A DNA stretch of 64,000 bases, taken from positions 9,176,001 through 9,240,000 of the forward strand of contig JANJGN010000018.1 in assembly GCA_026770705.1 (NCBI GenBank), written 5' to 3'. Positions 1-12,611 of this stretch are shown here, in pieces. Each line of letters opens with the position of its first letter. Within the stretch, counting starts at the first letter, position 1. Both the position numbers and the translations under genes were made by a program. This DNA is from Isurus oxyrinchus. Its lineage: Eukaryota. The notes beneath the pieces were generated by a model. That model was not told the origin of the DNA. It was given only the letters and a program-made list of their open reading frames with translations, and made no database searches.

Positions 1-384
1 CACCTAGCCCTGACCAAAAGTCAGTGGACATTTGGCTGGGCCACTGAATCTCCCACAGCAGATTTTTAAGGACTTCTCATAAGTTGCTTTTATTTTCTTG
101 CATGTTTCAATTGTTTTAACTATGTGGCTATTAAATGTTGTTTTAGGTAATAAAGTTTGTATTTTAGGGTGATATAATTTCAGCAATTGGACTCAGGGTA
201 AAGTTAGCCTGTCAAGTGAATTGGTCTAAGCCCTTGTTTTATGGAGGATATTGGGCATTATTCCTAAATTTTTGGGTGGTCATTCTTTCCCCTGACCCTA
301 ATTTTTCTGATTTGACACCATTGCCCAGACATGGAATTGTGGACAAGCCATGGAAAGACTCGAAATACACACTATTTACTCCAC

Positions 385-2502
385 ATTATTGGTGCATCGC
401 TTTCTTTTTAAGCAGGTCAACAATCTTGTTGAGTTGATGTATTCTGGGATCTTTTACCCACCTACACTTTCCAAGTATATGTGGAAGTGTTTCTTGTCCA
501 GAGCCACATCTTCTCAGGTGCTGTTATCGACACCCAACTGACAAGGAATAATTCGTAGGGAAGGAGTTGTAGCAGCTCGATAAAAGTAGACTGCTTAAGC
601 ATGTTGAACCGCAACCATTTATTTGATATGGGATCGTCATGAAAATAAGCTATTCCTATGCCTCGGCCAGAACTATCAGCTCGGTGGGTGAGTGTGATCG
701 GGAAGTCCGGGAACAGTCAGGAAAAGGACCACCAACCTCAATCAGCCCCCAACCGCGATTTCATGCTGGCTGGTCAGTTAATGGCAAGCCGGTGCGAAGT
801 ACATGCTGAAAAGCTCAGCGTTACCGGGTTGGGAGTAGGAGGACATGCGCTGACAGAAATCTCCCTGAAGGCAGAGAGCTGCCTCAGGGAGCTGAAGGCC
901 TGAAACAGCAACAATAAAGACTTCAAAAGCTGAAAAGAAGTGTCCATGCAGCGTAATCAGCCACCTGAAAACTTACCTCATGAAAATGCTGTCCACAGAA
1001 ATTTATTTATATTTTATTTCATCACGGAAATCTCATTCCCGCCCATGGATGAGGTTCGATGAAAGATGCAAAGGCTGCCTGGCCAATTCGCCCATCCGTC
1101 AACCATAAGGTTGGATGGGGTTACGTAAAATGACAGACAATTGCGCTGTTAATGGGTTTATGCGCCCCCTTAATTGTCGGCGGGCACATTTCTGATTTTT
1201 GCGCACGCCCACCAACTAAAATATCACGTGAGCATCCGCCCGATCAGAGTAAAATTCAGCCCCTTGAAACTTCAACACGAGCCATTTTCTAAACTCCACA
1301 TCTCTCCAACCTTAAAATGGATCTTTAGATGTCCCTCTCATCTATTTCCTCCACGTCTTGTATTGACCTTTCAAATTGATCTATAATTACCCGCAAAATT
1401 TTCAGACCTATTATTTGTTCAATTTTTTCTCCAATACTCATTCCACTATATACAAAGAAGGCCTAAATTAATGAGTCTGTTGATATATCCATATGATGCA
1501 ATTTCTTGATAACTGCTGCAGGGATTTGTACCTCAAATTTGGGGAGTCCCAATTCTCCATTTCTATTTCCCGAACGGAACATGTAACATATTTTTAACTT
1601 CTTTTTAATTATATTATCCAATTTAATTAATGTATTTTGCGACATTTCATTGAGAATCAGGTAGAAATAAAACTTAGGGATCATATATCTTTATATATTT
1701 CTTTATATGTCTTTAACATTTCCAATCTCTGGATCGGTATCAAATTATCGATCCACTGCTGTAGTTTTGTATTCCAATTGTCTTCCCTTACACTTGCCTA
1801 AGGATCAATATGGGCATCGATATATTTTTCAAATTCTCCCGGTTTTATAAATTCCAATTCTGACCCATTAATGTTCCAGTCCTTTTCATTATTGTATTGG
1901 AACATTTTATTCTTACTAATCACATAAAATCCTGCGGTGTTTTTGGTATTAATTTCCAGAGCCTTTTTTTTTTACAAAAGTTTGAAAGGATATCTAAGTT
2001 TTTACACATTCCTGTGTACGAACAGTGAAACAATGTGATGTCATCAGCAAATGCCAATGCTGTACACATAACCAGCTTAACCTTACTACCCAGCACGACC
2101 CCTATACCTCTCTCCTCCAGAGTACATAATAAATCGTCCATCACATTATTAAATAATATTGGTGATAACAGATCTCCCTGTTTTACACCCCTTTTAATTT
2201 CTATTGGTTCTGTTTTGACCCCCTTATTTTCAATCATGGTTGTGGTATCCATATACAAATGCTCAATTATTTTAATGAATCTGGGGTAAATACCCAATCT
2301 TTGCAAACTTTTTGACTATTAATTTGTGTCCCACAGAGTCAAAAGCATTTGCCAAGTCCACAAAGACCATTGCACGTTGTTTTTTGAACCTTATAACACC
2401 ATTGAGACAATTTTGCAAAATTGTCATATTTTCATTACATCCCAATGTTCCGGATGTAAACCCCTTCTACCTGGGATTAATATCAATAGCCTTTGCCATC
2501 CT
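385..2502 (-). mobile_element. Decayed R2-clade (RLE-type) non-LTR retrotransposon fragment: RT, thumb and CCHC zinc knuckle, split by a MITE
   Basis: Minus-strand translation gives KGF..GCNEN, VFVDLANAFDSVGH, RGVKQGDLLSPILFN, ALAFADD, WNINGSEL.FIKPGEFEKY and GELGL. Beyond the MITE it continues FQG|GIAYFHDDPISNKWL and RRCGSGQETLPHILGKC...RIHQLNKIV (CCHC and RHN-like motif). The motif order matches vertebrate R2 proteins as I recall them. Frameshifts and stops are present. Confidence 0.8.
657..1262. mobile_element. Non-autonomous Harbinger-type MITE (left end eroded)
   Basis: Ends in gtaaaattcagccc (reverse complement GGGCTGAATTTT, the terminus shared by Harbingers here). Interrupts the R2 frame. 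Internal sequence is similar to 54960-55509. Confidence 0.65.
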
Positions 2503-3958
2503 TCCTGTAATGAGGTCACCAGAACTGCGCACAGTACTCAAGTTGAGGTCTAACTAATGTTTTATATAGTTCCAGCATAACTTTGCTCTTATATTTGTGC
2601 CTCAGCTAATAAATGAAAGGATTCCTTATGCTTTCTTAACCGCCTTATCAGCCTGTCCTGCTACCTTCAGGGACCTGTGAACATTCACTCCAAGGTCCCT
2701 CACTTCCTCTACACCCTTTGTTTCTTGTCACTGAGACAACTTGTACCCAGCTTGCTACATTCCCCTGGATCCTGTGGACTTTTATTTTTTAACCAGTCTA
2801 CCATTTGGGACCTTGTCAAAAACCTTGCTAAAATCCATGTAGGCCACACCAATTACACTACCCTCATTAATCCTCCTTGTTGTTTCCTCAAAAAAATTCA
2901 ATCAAATTAGTCAGATACACCCTTCCCTTAACAAATCCATGCTGACTGTCTGTGATTAATCCATGCCTTTCTAAGTAACAGTTTATTCTGTCCCTCAGGA
3001 TTGATTCCAATAATCTGCCCACTACCGAGGTCAGACTGACTGGCCTGGAATTATTCAGTCTACCCCTCGCTCCCTTTTTATACAAAGGTGCAACACTGGT
3101 AGACCTCCAATCCTTCGGCACTTCACCTGTATCAATCGACGATTGGAAAATGATAGTCAGACCTCTGCAGTTTCCCCTCTGGCTTCTTTTAACAGCCTGT
3201 GGTGCATTTCATCCACTCCTGGTGATTTATCTGCTTTCAAGGATGATAATCCCCTTAGTACTTCCTCTCTGCCTATGTTTATCACATCCAATGCTTCACA
3301 CTCCTCCTCCTTAACTACAATGTCTGCACTGTCCCCCTCTTTTGTGAAGACAGAGGCAAAGTATTCATTAAGAACCATCTTCTGCCTCCACACATAGGTT
3401 ACCATTTTGGTCTTTTATAGGTCTTGCTCTTTCTTCAGTTATCCTCTTACTTTTAATGTTTGGATAAAACATCCTTGGGTTCTCTTTGACTTTACTTGCC
3501 AATTTTCTTTTATGCCCTCTCTTTGCTTTCCTAATTTCCTTTTTGATTTCACCCCTGCCCTTTCCATACCCCTCTCAACTTTCTGTAGTATTGGGTTCTC
3601 AGTGCCTAACATAAACATTTCACTTCTGCATAATCTTACCCTGTAAACTCCTTGACATCCAGGGGACTCTAGATTTGGCCATCCCACCCTTTTCCTTTGT
3701 GGGAACATATTTACTTTGAATCCTTGAATCTCCCCTTTGAATGCCTCCCACTGCTCTGACACTGGTTTACCTTCAAGTAGATGTTTTGATAAATCACTCC
3801 TCAACTTAGTAAAATTGACCTAGGCCCAATTCAGAACTTTAACTCCTCTTTTCTCTTTGTCCTTTTCCATAATGATGTTAAAACCAACCGAATTATGATC
3901 AGTACCAACAAAACACTTTCCCACTGTCACTTCTTCCACCTGCCCAGTTTCATTTCCT
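2497..3958 (-). mobile_element. CR1 LINE ORF2 fragment (endonuclease tail and RT), degenerate
   Basis: LNEYFASVFT, KSPGVDEMH.RLLKE, DWRSTSVAPLYKKG, RPVSLTSVVGRLLE, SQHGF, TNLIEFF and RPQLEYCAQFW motifs. Confidence 0.9.
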
Positions 3959-3959
3959 A

Positions 3960-5050
3960 AGAAAAGGTCCTCGGAGCTGGAGTGCAGTCATCGACCATGA
4001 CAGCTATGCCACTGCCTTTGCAGTGTTTGTCTGCAGGGCGTCCTGGTCCCCTATGGATAGAAGACCTCTCCTGACCACTTCCTGCATCTAGGCCTCTAAT
4101 GCTGAATTGGAGGCCCTTGGAACCCACTCTCTGCCATGCTGCACCATTCTTCTGTCTTTCCCAGGTCAAACTCAATTCTAGAATCATTTCCAGCACCTGT
4201 TCCTTTTGAGAGGTAGAGCTTGGCTTTAAATAGTGTAGGCTATAGCTTGACATCATGCTAGCCACTAACTCCCCCTGCTCAGGCATGCAGTCTCTCTACA
4301 GCACAGCATGAGGTGTACATGTTGCCTGCATGGGAACAAACGGCCACTGTTTAATATGTGTATTTTGATTCCCTCACCCAATTTAGTGGACTATCCAGTT
4401 TTGCCCTCATAAAAAAATCTAGAGATTTCTTGCAAAGACTTTCTGCTTCCTATGTTATAGAGTGTTTACAGTATAGCTTCCTGTGTGCATCTCCTTTTCA
4501 ATGTTGCACCTTACTTTCAATATTGCAAAGGCTGCCCTATTAACTACTCTTCATGTGCTAGTAGCCAATGTACCACTCAAACAGGTTAAACAAGCATTAA
4601 CGTGAAACCACTGATTTATTAACCTGCTCCATGAGACAGCAGGGCTTGGACTGCACATAGTAGGTGGAACAGTTTGTCCTTGCAAGAGTTTGCAGAGAGC
4701 TGAATCCCTGCCCTCAGTGTGTAGGGTACTTGGCTCCACATGGCTCTTTACAATTGTGGGCCAGGTCTCCAGATGGCTGACCATCTGCGTCATACATTGC
4801 TTGCCTCTTGTCTTGTTGCCTAGGAGACAGGAGATTCTGCACATCTGCAGAATTCTTGCCCAAGTTAAAAACATGCAAGTCTTTACAGAGTAATGAGTGG
4901 AGAATCCCCATGTTCAAAATCCTTGTGTCAGGTAGGGATAGAGCAATTTGCTTCGAGTACTTTGCGTGGCACATTTTGATACTGCACTGGATTAACACTC
5001 CATACGATACCAAAGCCCAAGTACTCCAATCACATTAGATCACTGCTCCA
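3960..5050 (-). mobile_element. Highly degenerate LTR-retroelement (Gypsy/ERV-like) integrase remnant
   Basis: Frameshifted hints in integrase order: KYSKQIALSL..NMGI (HHCC region), MCRISC, SHLETWP/EPC, FHLLCAV, GQP..GAT, PFVPMQATCTPH, TNTAK. Read by eye only. Confidence 0.35.
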
Positions 5051-5134
5051 GGTTTAAGCTACCAATTTTGCATTGGCCAGAAGCAATAAAAAGGGTAGGT
5101 ACTCAGAGTTCCTCGTTTTTAAGCAACAGTATTG

Positions 5135-6415
5135 ATCTATTTTGTTTGTGGGATACAGAGATGATATTTCAAGGGTGTCTAACAGGTTTGATCATACAGT
5201 TGTGGTTATGAAGCTGATAAAGTTAAATGTATGTGAGATTATTGTCCAACAGATTGCTGACCTCCTCGCTGACCACACTCAGTTTTTCAGATACCTTGGC
5301 TGTCTACCCAAAAGTACTCAATTAAGGGGTGTACCTTAGGGCACTCAGCTAAGGCTAATTATTTCCCTAATGCTTATTAATGTGGCTCTCTCTACCTCTG
5401 GCCTCAAATATTGAAAATACGTGGATGATATTACAGCCGTGGAGTCTAGGCCATGGGTGTGGTCAATGAAATTCTGGAAACTCTCAATGATCTCAATGAA
5501 TTGTGTGGAGAAAACAGTATGCAGTTAAATGCTACTAAATGTAAGCCATGCAGTACACTTCAGTAAACATGAGCATGTGCCCCTTGAAAAGGTTAGGCAT
5601 CCTGACAGGTGAAAACCTTGAAAATCCTGGGTATATATTCAAGACAACTTAAACTGAAATGGCCAACTGGACAGTATGCTAAAAAGAAATAAATAAATGG
5701 ATATTCATTCTCAGATCCCTCATCCCTTTCAGACTCCCTCTCCGCGACCTGTTGTTGACCTACGCTGGCTTCATTCATCCCTTGAGTCAAATATGCTGTG
5801 CCTGTGTGGCACCCTGACCTCTCACACATGTAAACTGCCCAGATCCAAGAATACAGAAGCATGCACTGAGATTGATTGTAGGCCCTCAGTACCAGTCATA
5901 TGACAACCCCCTTCATGTTATAAAGCTCGAAGCTCTACAAATGAAAAGGGTTAATATTTGTACTAAGTTCAGAAAATCCTTTATGCAGCCTGCCCAATTT
6001 CAGAACTGGTTATCATCACCATACCCAGAGCAAGCAAAGCAATTCAAAAATTCAACTAAGCCCAACCCCATAAACTGCAGTATGGAAAAGTAGCGATACA
6101 GCCCTATTTCTTTATATGGTTTGAAACCGCGGTGAAGTACTTAAATTATTAAATTTATATATACTTCAGGGCCTGTGATTTTGGAATGGTGTAATTGCAA
6201 TATTAATGTAATTTTAATTCAACATCATCCTTCTTTTAAAATCCCATCCACCACTTCCCTCTTACCTGCTGAATTTGTTTATCTGTTTTTGTTACTATTT
6301 GGTCGTTACATGTTTCCATGTTTTTAACCTGATTACTTAGTCTATATTCGAATGTTTCAATGTAAGTTACACTAGGCAGAGAACGTGTTCATTGAATAAA
6401 AAACTTATTATTATG
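5135..6415 (+). mobile_element. Old LINE RT fragment (CR1/L2/Crack group) with 3' UTR
   Basis: D.S..FD, GVP*GT, KYVDD, MQLNATKCK, LKILG and YAVPVWHP motifs; ends with aataaa followed by (tta)n at about 6395-6415. Confidence 0.75.
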
Positions 6416-7074
6416 TGCTCTATTAACATCACAGAAGGAATTACTTCTGTAGAATCATTACAGAATCTACTCACTGCAGTGTTTAGAAATGTGAAAGCAG
6501 CCCAATTGTGTCACAATTACAAGTGTAATAGTGCAATACACGGAGACCTATGTCCCATAAAGACACTGAGATTATCTGATTATACAAAAAGTGATATTTG
6601 CCAGAGAAAGAGAGGAGATGAAAATATTTATATCCAGCAGTGTGCATTATCGTCATAGTGTAGTCCTAAAATTCCACCCTGGAGAACTAACTTAAGGTGT
6701 CAGGCTAGGTCCCCTTTGACTATGTATGAGGCAATGTGATAATATTTCTAACAAGTTCTAAAAACTTATGATTGTCCCAGCAATTAATCCCTACTAGGCA
6801 GCCAATCGGATGTTTAAATTCTGCTGAATTACCTTGTTAACATTAATTTTTTAATAGGTGTTCAGGTAGCCAGTTACACAGTAGCAAAACTGTTCTGAAG
6901 ATTTTTGCTCAGATATCCACTTCTAAAAAAAAGTACGATATTGAAATGGGAACACAGGAACAGGAGTAGGCCATTCAATCCCTCAACCCTATTCTGCCAT
7001 TCAGTTAGATCATTGACGATCTGTATCTCATATCCTTTGCTACTTAGACCTGTCAAAACATCTATCAAACTCAG

Positions 7075-8655
7075 TTGACGTTACGAGTCCTCATGACTCT
7101 TCCACAGAACTGAGTGAATGTAAGGAGAGGGGTGAAATATAAGCTGGTTTAAGGTGGGGGGGTGTGTGGGGGAGAGAAGTGGGGGGGGCGGTGTGGTTGT
7201 AGGGATAAGCAAGCAGTGATAGGAGCAGATAATCAAATGATGTCACAGACAAAAGAATAAAAGAACAAAGAGGTGTTGAAGGTGGTGATATTATCTAAAC
7301 AAATGTGCTAATTAAGAATGGATGGTAGGGCACTCAAGGTACAGCTCTGTTGAGGGTGGGGTGGAAAGGCTAGCAGGGCATAAAAGATTTAAAAATAATG
7401 GAAATAGGTGGGAAAAGAGAAATCTATATAAATTATTGGAAAAAAACAAAAGGAAGGGGGAAGAAACAGAAAGGGGGTGTGGATGGAGGAGGGAGTTCAA
7501 GACCTAAAGTTGTTGAATTCAATATTCAGTCCGGAAGGCTGTAAAGTGCCTAGTCGGAAGATGAGGTGTTGTTCCTCCAGTTTGCGTTGGGCTTCACTGG
7601 AACAATGCAGCAAGCCAAGGACAGACATGTGGGCAAGAGAGCAGGGTGGAGTGTTAAAATGGCAAGCGACAGGGAGGTTTGGGTCATTCTTGCGGACAGA
7701 CCGCAGGTGTTCTGCAAAGCGGTCGCCCAGTTTATGTTTGGACTCTCCAATGTAGAGGAGACTGCATTGGGAGCAACGAATGCAGTAGACTAAGTGAAGC
7801 AGCATTTCAAGTGAAGCAGCATTTCACTTGCATTTCCCCCAACTTAGTCTACTGCATTCGTTGCTCCCAATGTGGTCTCCTCTACATTGGAGAGACCAAA
7901 CGTAAACTGGGCGACCGCTTTGCAGAACACCTGCGGTCTGTCCGCAAGAATGACCCAAACCTCCCTGTCGCTTGCCATTTTAACACTCCACCCTGCTCTC
8001 TTGCCCACATGTCTGTCCTTGGCTTGCTGCATTGTTCCAGTGAAGCCCAACGCAAACTGGAGGAACAGCACCTCATCTTCCGACTAGGCACTTTACAGCC
8101 TTCCGGACTGAATATTGAATTCAACAACTTTAGGTCTTGAACTCCCTCCTCCATCCACCCCCTTTCTGTTTCTTCCCCCTTCCTTTTGTTTTTTCCAATA
8201 ATTTATATAGATTTCTCTTTTCCCACCTATTTCCATTATTTTTAAATCTCTTATGCCCCACTAGTCTTTCCACCCCACCCCCACTAGAGCTGTACCTTGA
8301 GTGCCCTACCATCCATTCTTAATTAGCACATTCGTTTAGATAATATCACCACCTTCAACACCTCTGTGTTCTTTTGTTCTTTTGTCTGTGACATCTTTTG
8401 ATTATCTGCTCCTATCACTGCTTGCTTGTCCCTACAACCACACCACCACCCTCTACTTCTCTGCTCTACCCCCCACCCAACCGCACCTTAAACAGCTTAT
8501 ATTTCACCCCTCTCCTTATATTCGCTCAGCTCTGTGGAAGGGTCATGAGGACTCGAAACGTCAATTCTTCTCCGCTGATGCTGCCGGACCTGCTGAGTTT
8601 TTCCAGGTAATTCTGTTTTTGTTTTGGATTTCCAGCATCCGCAGTTTTTTGTTTT
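7075..8655. mobile_element. Penelope-like element 3' part as a head-to-head inverted duplication (GIY-YIG endonuclease C-terminus, 3' UTR and hammerhead on both arms)
   Basis: 7075-7792 is the reverse complement of about 7841-8565. Both arms encode LVYCIRCSQC..LYIGE.K..LGDRFAEH...GLNIEF*. TSD tatcaaa(c/t)tcag at 7063-7074 and 8656-8667. Confidence 0.93.
8528..8566 (+). ncRNA. Minimal type-I hammerhead ribozyme motif of PLE (variant core CUGUGGA)
   Basis: AGCU-CUGUGGA-A-GGGUC-augag-GACUC-GAAA-CGUC-AAUU; the mirror copy lies at 7073-7111 on the minus strand. Confidence 0.65.
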
Positions 8656-9754
8656 TATCAAATTCAGCCTTGAAAATTTATATTGTCAAAGCATCCAAAG
8701 CCTTTGAAGGAGAGAATTAGATATTTCCATGAACCTTTTACGTGAAAAACTGCTTCCTTACTTCACCCCTGAATAACCCAACTCAAATTTTAAGATTGTG
8801 TCCTCTTGTTGTGGATTTCTCACCAGAGGAAATAGCTTCGCTGTCTATACTTTATCAAATCCTTTTATCATTTTAAACACCCCCATTAGATCACCCCTCA
8901 AACATTTAAACTCAAAGGAATACACTCCTAAGAAATCTGCAATGTCCACACATGTTCTTTTTGACAAAGCATCCATTCGCTGTGTAAGAATAACACTCAA
9001 TGATTTGTTAAACTAATCAAATCTCACTTTGTTCTAGATGGGAAGACAAGAAAGGGGAAGGGGGTTGCCATTGATGGTTGAATAGTGTGAAAATCAGGCC
9101 TCTCAGGTAAACACTGGGATTAACATGCTGCACATCAGAGAATGATAGTTACTCGAAAGTAAGAAGGTTACTTAATCCAGTTCCAAAAATGCATCTGTTC
9201 AAGCTGAAAGAACGTGACTTCGATCTAGCCCTACTCAGATTTCTAACAGTGTTGCTAATAACTGAGCATAACACAACAGCTTATGCCATTTCATTTACTA
9301 TCTGTACCTTCTTTAAGATATTTTGATGACGCAATAAGGCAGTGCATTAATGCAAATGTGTTCTTTGAACATTTCATAATCCTATAGTTTGCCTTAAATA
9401 GACATGGGCAATTGCCAAATCAGGTCAGTTGTATTTGCCTAGGTTAAACAAATCCTTTCTTTCATGAATACAGAATATATTACAGATGCTGTAAATTTGA
9501 AACAGAAAGTTGACATTTCAGTCATCGTTCTGACACAGACACCATTTCATCCCATTAAGCATTTCTGGTGTTTTCTACTTTTCTTCTTACATTCTTCTGG
9601 CTCAGTTCAGATTTGGCAAGTGTTTATTTTCTGAATATTTCGGTTATAAAGTCAGTTTACTGTGAATATTTTGTTTACACCATCTAACAGCCTTGAGATA
9701 ATGCAACACATAAATTCTGTGCGATGTCTTCTACTTTCCCAATTTTTAAAAAAT

Positions 9755-10098
9755 ATTCATTCATGGGATGTGGGTGTCGCTGGCTAGGCCAACATTTATT
9801 GCCCATCTCTAATTGCCCTTGGCCAGAGGACAGTTAAGAGTAAACCACAATGCTGTGGGTCTGGAGTCACATGTAGGCCAGACCATGTAAAGGTAGCTAG
9901 GTCTGGACATAAGTGAACCAGATGGGTTTTTACAACAATCTGCAATGGATTCATGGTCATCACCAGACTTTTAATTCCAGATTTTTATTGGATTCAAATT
10001 TCATCATCTACAGCGGTGAGATTTGAACCCAGGTGCCAAGAGCATTACCCTGGGTCTCTGGAATACTAGCCAACAACAGTACCACTCTACCACCACCT
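9755..10098 (-). mobile_element. tRNA-derived SINE sharing its 3' tail with a LINE
   Basis: B-box-like ggttcaaatctc near 10017-10030 on the minus strand. The tail cattcatgggatgtggg...atttattgcccatc matches LINE 3' ends at 10143, 34975 and 38100. Confidence 0.7.
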
Positions 10099-10550
10099 AC
10101 TTTAATCCTGGCATTTCTTATTCTAACTTTCGTTGTTTTTATTATTTGTTCATTCATGGCATGTGGGCATCACTGGCAAGGACAGTATTTTTTGCCCATC
10201 TCCAGCTACCCTGGAGAGGATGATTTTGAGCCACCATTTTCAACCATTACAGTCCTTGTGGTATAAATACACCCACAGTGCTGTTCAGGAAGAAGTTCCA
10301 GGATATTGGCTCAGCGACAGTGATGGAACAGTGATATAGTTTCAAGTCAGAATGGTAAGTAACTTTTAAGGGCATTTACTGATGATGATGTTCACATGTG
10401 TCTGCTGCTCTCATTCTTTTAGATGGCCGAGGTCACAGGTTTGGTAATTGATGTGAAAGGAGCCTTGGCAAATTGGTGCAGTGCATTTTATAGTTGGAAC
10501 ACATTACTGCCACTTTGTGCTGGTGGTGGTGGGAGTGAATGTTGAAGGTA

Positions 10551-11992
10551 AATGCACAATATTGCAGATGATGGAAATCTGAAACAAAAACAAAAACTGC
10601 TGGAAAAACTCAGCAGGTCTGATGGCATCTGTGGAGACAAAGAGTTAACGTTTCGAGTCCAGATGACTCTTCTTCAGAACTAAAGAGAAGTAGAAATGTG
10701 GTGAAATATAGACTGCTTAAGGGGGGGTGGGACACATGAAGCTGGATAGAAGGCCAGTGATAGGTGGAGGCAAAGGAGAGATTGCAAAAGATGTCATGAA
10801 CAAAAGGTCGAAGGGGTGTTGATGAGGGTGATACTGGCTAAAGGAGGTGCTAATGGTGACATTGAGAGTAGAGAGCAGGATGAGCCGGTGACTGATGACC
10901 CTAGTGGGGGTGGGGTGGGGGAGGGGACGGTGTGGGAGTAAGGATCAAAATAGGCTTAAAAGTGGGGATAAAACAATAAATGGAAATAAATTTTAAAAAT
11001 AATAATTGAAATAGGTGGGAAAAAAATGTATATATAAATATTTTTCAAAAATTGAAATAAGAGGGTCAAAAAGGGGTAAGGATGGAAGAGAGAGTTCATG
11101 ATCTAAAATCAATATTCAGTCCGGAAGGCTGTAAAGTGCCTAGTCAGAAGATGAGGTGCTGTTCCTCCAGTTTACGTTGAGCTTCACTGGAACAATGCAG
11201 CAGGCCAAGGACGGACATGTGGGCATGAGAGCAGGGTGGAGTGTTGAAATGGCAAGTGACAGGGAGGTCTGGGTCATGCAGACAGACCGAAGGTGTTCCG
11301 CAAAGTGGTCACCCAGTCTGCGTTTGGTCTCTCCAATAGACAGGAAACCGCATTGGGAGCAATGCAGTAGACCAAATTGAGGGAGGTGCAAGTGAAATGC
11401 TGCTTCACTTAAAAGGAGTGTTCGGGCCCTTGGACAGTGAGGAGGGGGTAAGTAAAGAGGCGGGTGTTGCATCTTCTTTGATTGCATGGGAAGGTGCCAT
11501 GCAAGGGGCTTGAGGTGTAGGGGGTGATGGAGGTGTGGACCTGGGTGTCCCAGAGGGATTGGTCCCTATGGAATGCTGACAGGGTTGGGGGGGGGGGGGG
11601 GTTGCAGTAGATGAAGGGAAGATATGTTTGGTGGTGGCATCATGCTGGAGTTGACAGAAATGGGGAAGGATGATCCTTTGAATACGGAGGCTGGTGGGGT
11701 GAAAAATGAGGTCAAGGGGGACCCTACCATGGTTTTGGGAGGGAGAGGATGGAGTGAGGGCGGATGCACGGGAGATGGGCTGGACACGGTTGAGGGCCCT
11801 GTCCACTACTGTGGGTGGAAAACCTTGATTAAGGAAGAAGGAGGACATGTCAGAAGCACTGTTTAACAAAGTGGCATCATCGGAACAGATGCAACGGAGG
11901 CAAAGGAATTGAGAGAATGGATGGAGTCCTTACAGAAAGCATGATGTGAGAAGCTGTAGTCGAGGTAGTTGTGGCAGTCGGTGGGCTTGTAA
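10551..11992 (-). mobile_element. 5'-truncated Penelope-like element (older subfamily, frameshifted)
   Basis: Homologous to the 19696-21060 protein C-terminus (DMSSFFLNQGFPPTVVDRAL...IGETKRRLGDHFAEH). TSD tgaatgttgaag(g/c)ta at 10536-10550 and 11993-12007. Confidence 0.9.
10643..10681 (-). ncRNA. Minimal type-I hammerhead ribozyme, canonical core
   Basis: AGUU-CUGAAGA-A-GAGUC-aucug-GACUC-GAAA-CGUU-AACU: stem I AGUU/AACU, perfect stem II, palindromic stem III as known for PLE hammerheads. Confidence 0.8.
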
Positions 11993-12203
11993 TGAATGTT
12001 GAAGCTAGTGGCTCGGATATGAATAAAGTGGGCTGCTTTGTCCTGGATGGTGTCAAGCTTCTTGAGTGTTGTTGGAGATCAACCAGACAAGTGTAGAGTA
12101 TTCCTTCACGCTCCTGCCCTGCACCTTGTAAATAATGGATAGCTTTGGGGAGTCAGCAGGGAAGTTGATTGGCACAAACGATCAGCCTCTGACCCATCTT
12201 GTA

Positions 12204-12611
12204 ACTCTTTCGAGTACAAACCTGTTTTCATGTGTTCCTATTCAGATGAAGTTACATTGTTTCATAGTTTGCCATTGTGAGATTTGAACTCTTGATACTC
12301 TTTCGAGCTGGTGTAACTCTTTCGAGTACAAACACGTTTCCATCTGTTTCAGATGAAGTTACATTGTTTCATAGTTTGCCATTGTGAGACTTGAACTCTT
12401 GATCTTGGGGTTACAAACTCAGTACCATAACCACTTGGCTATTTAGGCCAAGCCTAAGTTAAGAAGATGTAACTCTTTCGAGTACAAACCTGTTTCCATC
12501 TGTTTCAGATGAAGTTACATTGTTTCATAGTTTGCCATTGTGAGAGTTGAACTCTTGATCTTGGGGTTACAAACCCAGTACCATAACCACTTGGCTATTT
12601 AGGCCAAGCCC
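12204..12611 (-). mobile_element. Trimeric tRNA(Thr-TGT)-derived SINE-like insertion
   Basis: Units at 12468-12610 and 12312-12454 (143 bp each) and a truncated unit at 12200-12296. Head has A box TAGCCAAGTGG, loop TTTGTAA and B box GAGTTCAANTC. Perfect TSD ctgacccatcttgta at 12189-12203 and 12612-12626. Confidence 0.85.

Larger units (their letters stand above)
6946..8935 (-). mobile_element. CR1 3'-end fragment hosting the palindromic PLE insertion
   Basis: ggaacaggagtaggccattcaatccctc CR1 3' UTR at the left. The CR1 resumes at 8656 (cagccttgaaa...tgtcctcttgtt...ctcaaacatttaaactc). Confidence 0.75.

Noticed and set aside
3960-5050. THAP plus SWIM (ISL2EU/Kolobok-like) reading
   Set aside because: Cys/His spacing is not convincing. 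An integrase-order reading explains more motifs, though it is also low confidence.
12200-12610. CRISPR-like repeat/spacer pattern, or a hammerhead in the repeat tail
   Set aside because: Units are 143 bp with a tRNA head and a TSD, and no cas genes are present. CTTTCGAG...AAAC resembles a hammerhead core but lacks a proper stem II and GAAA.
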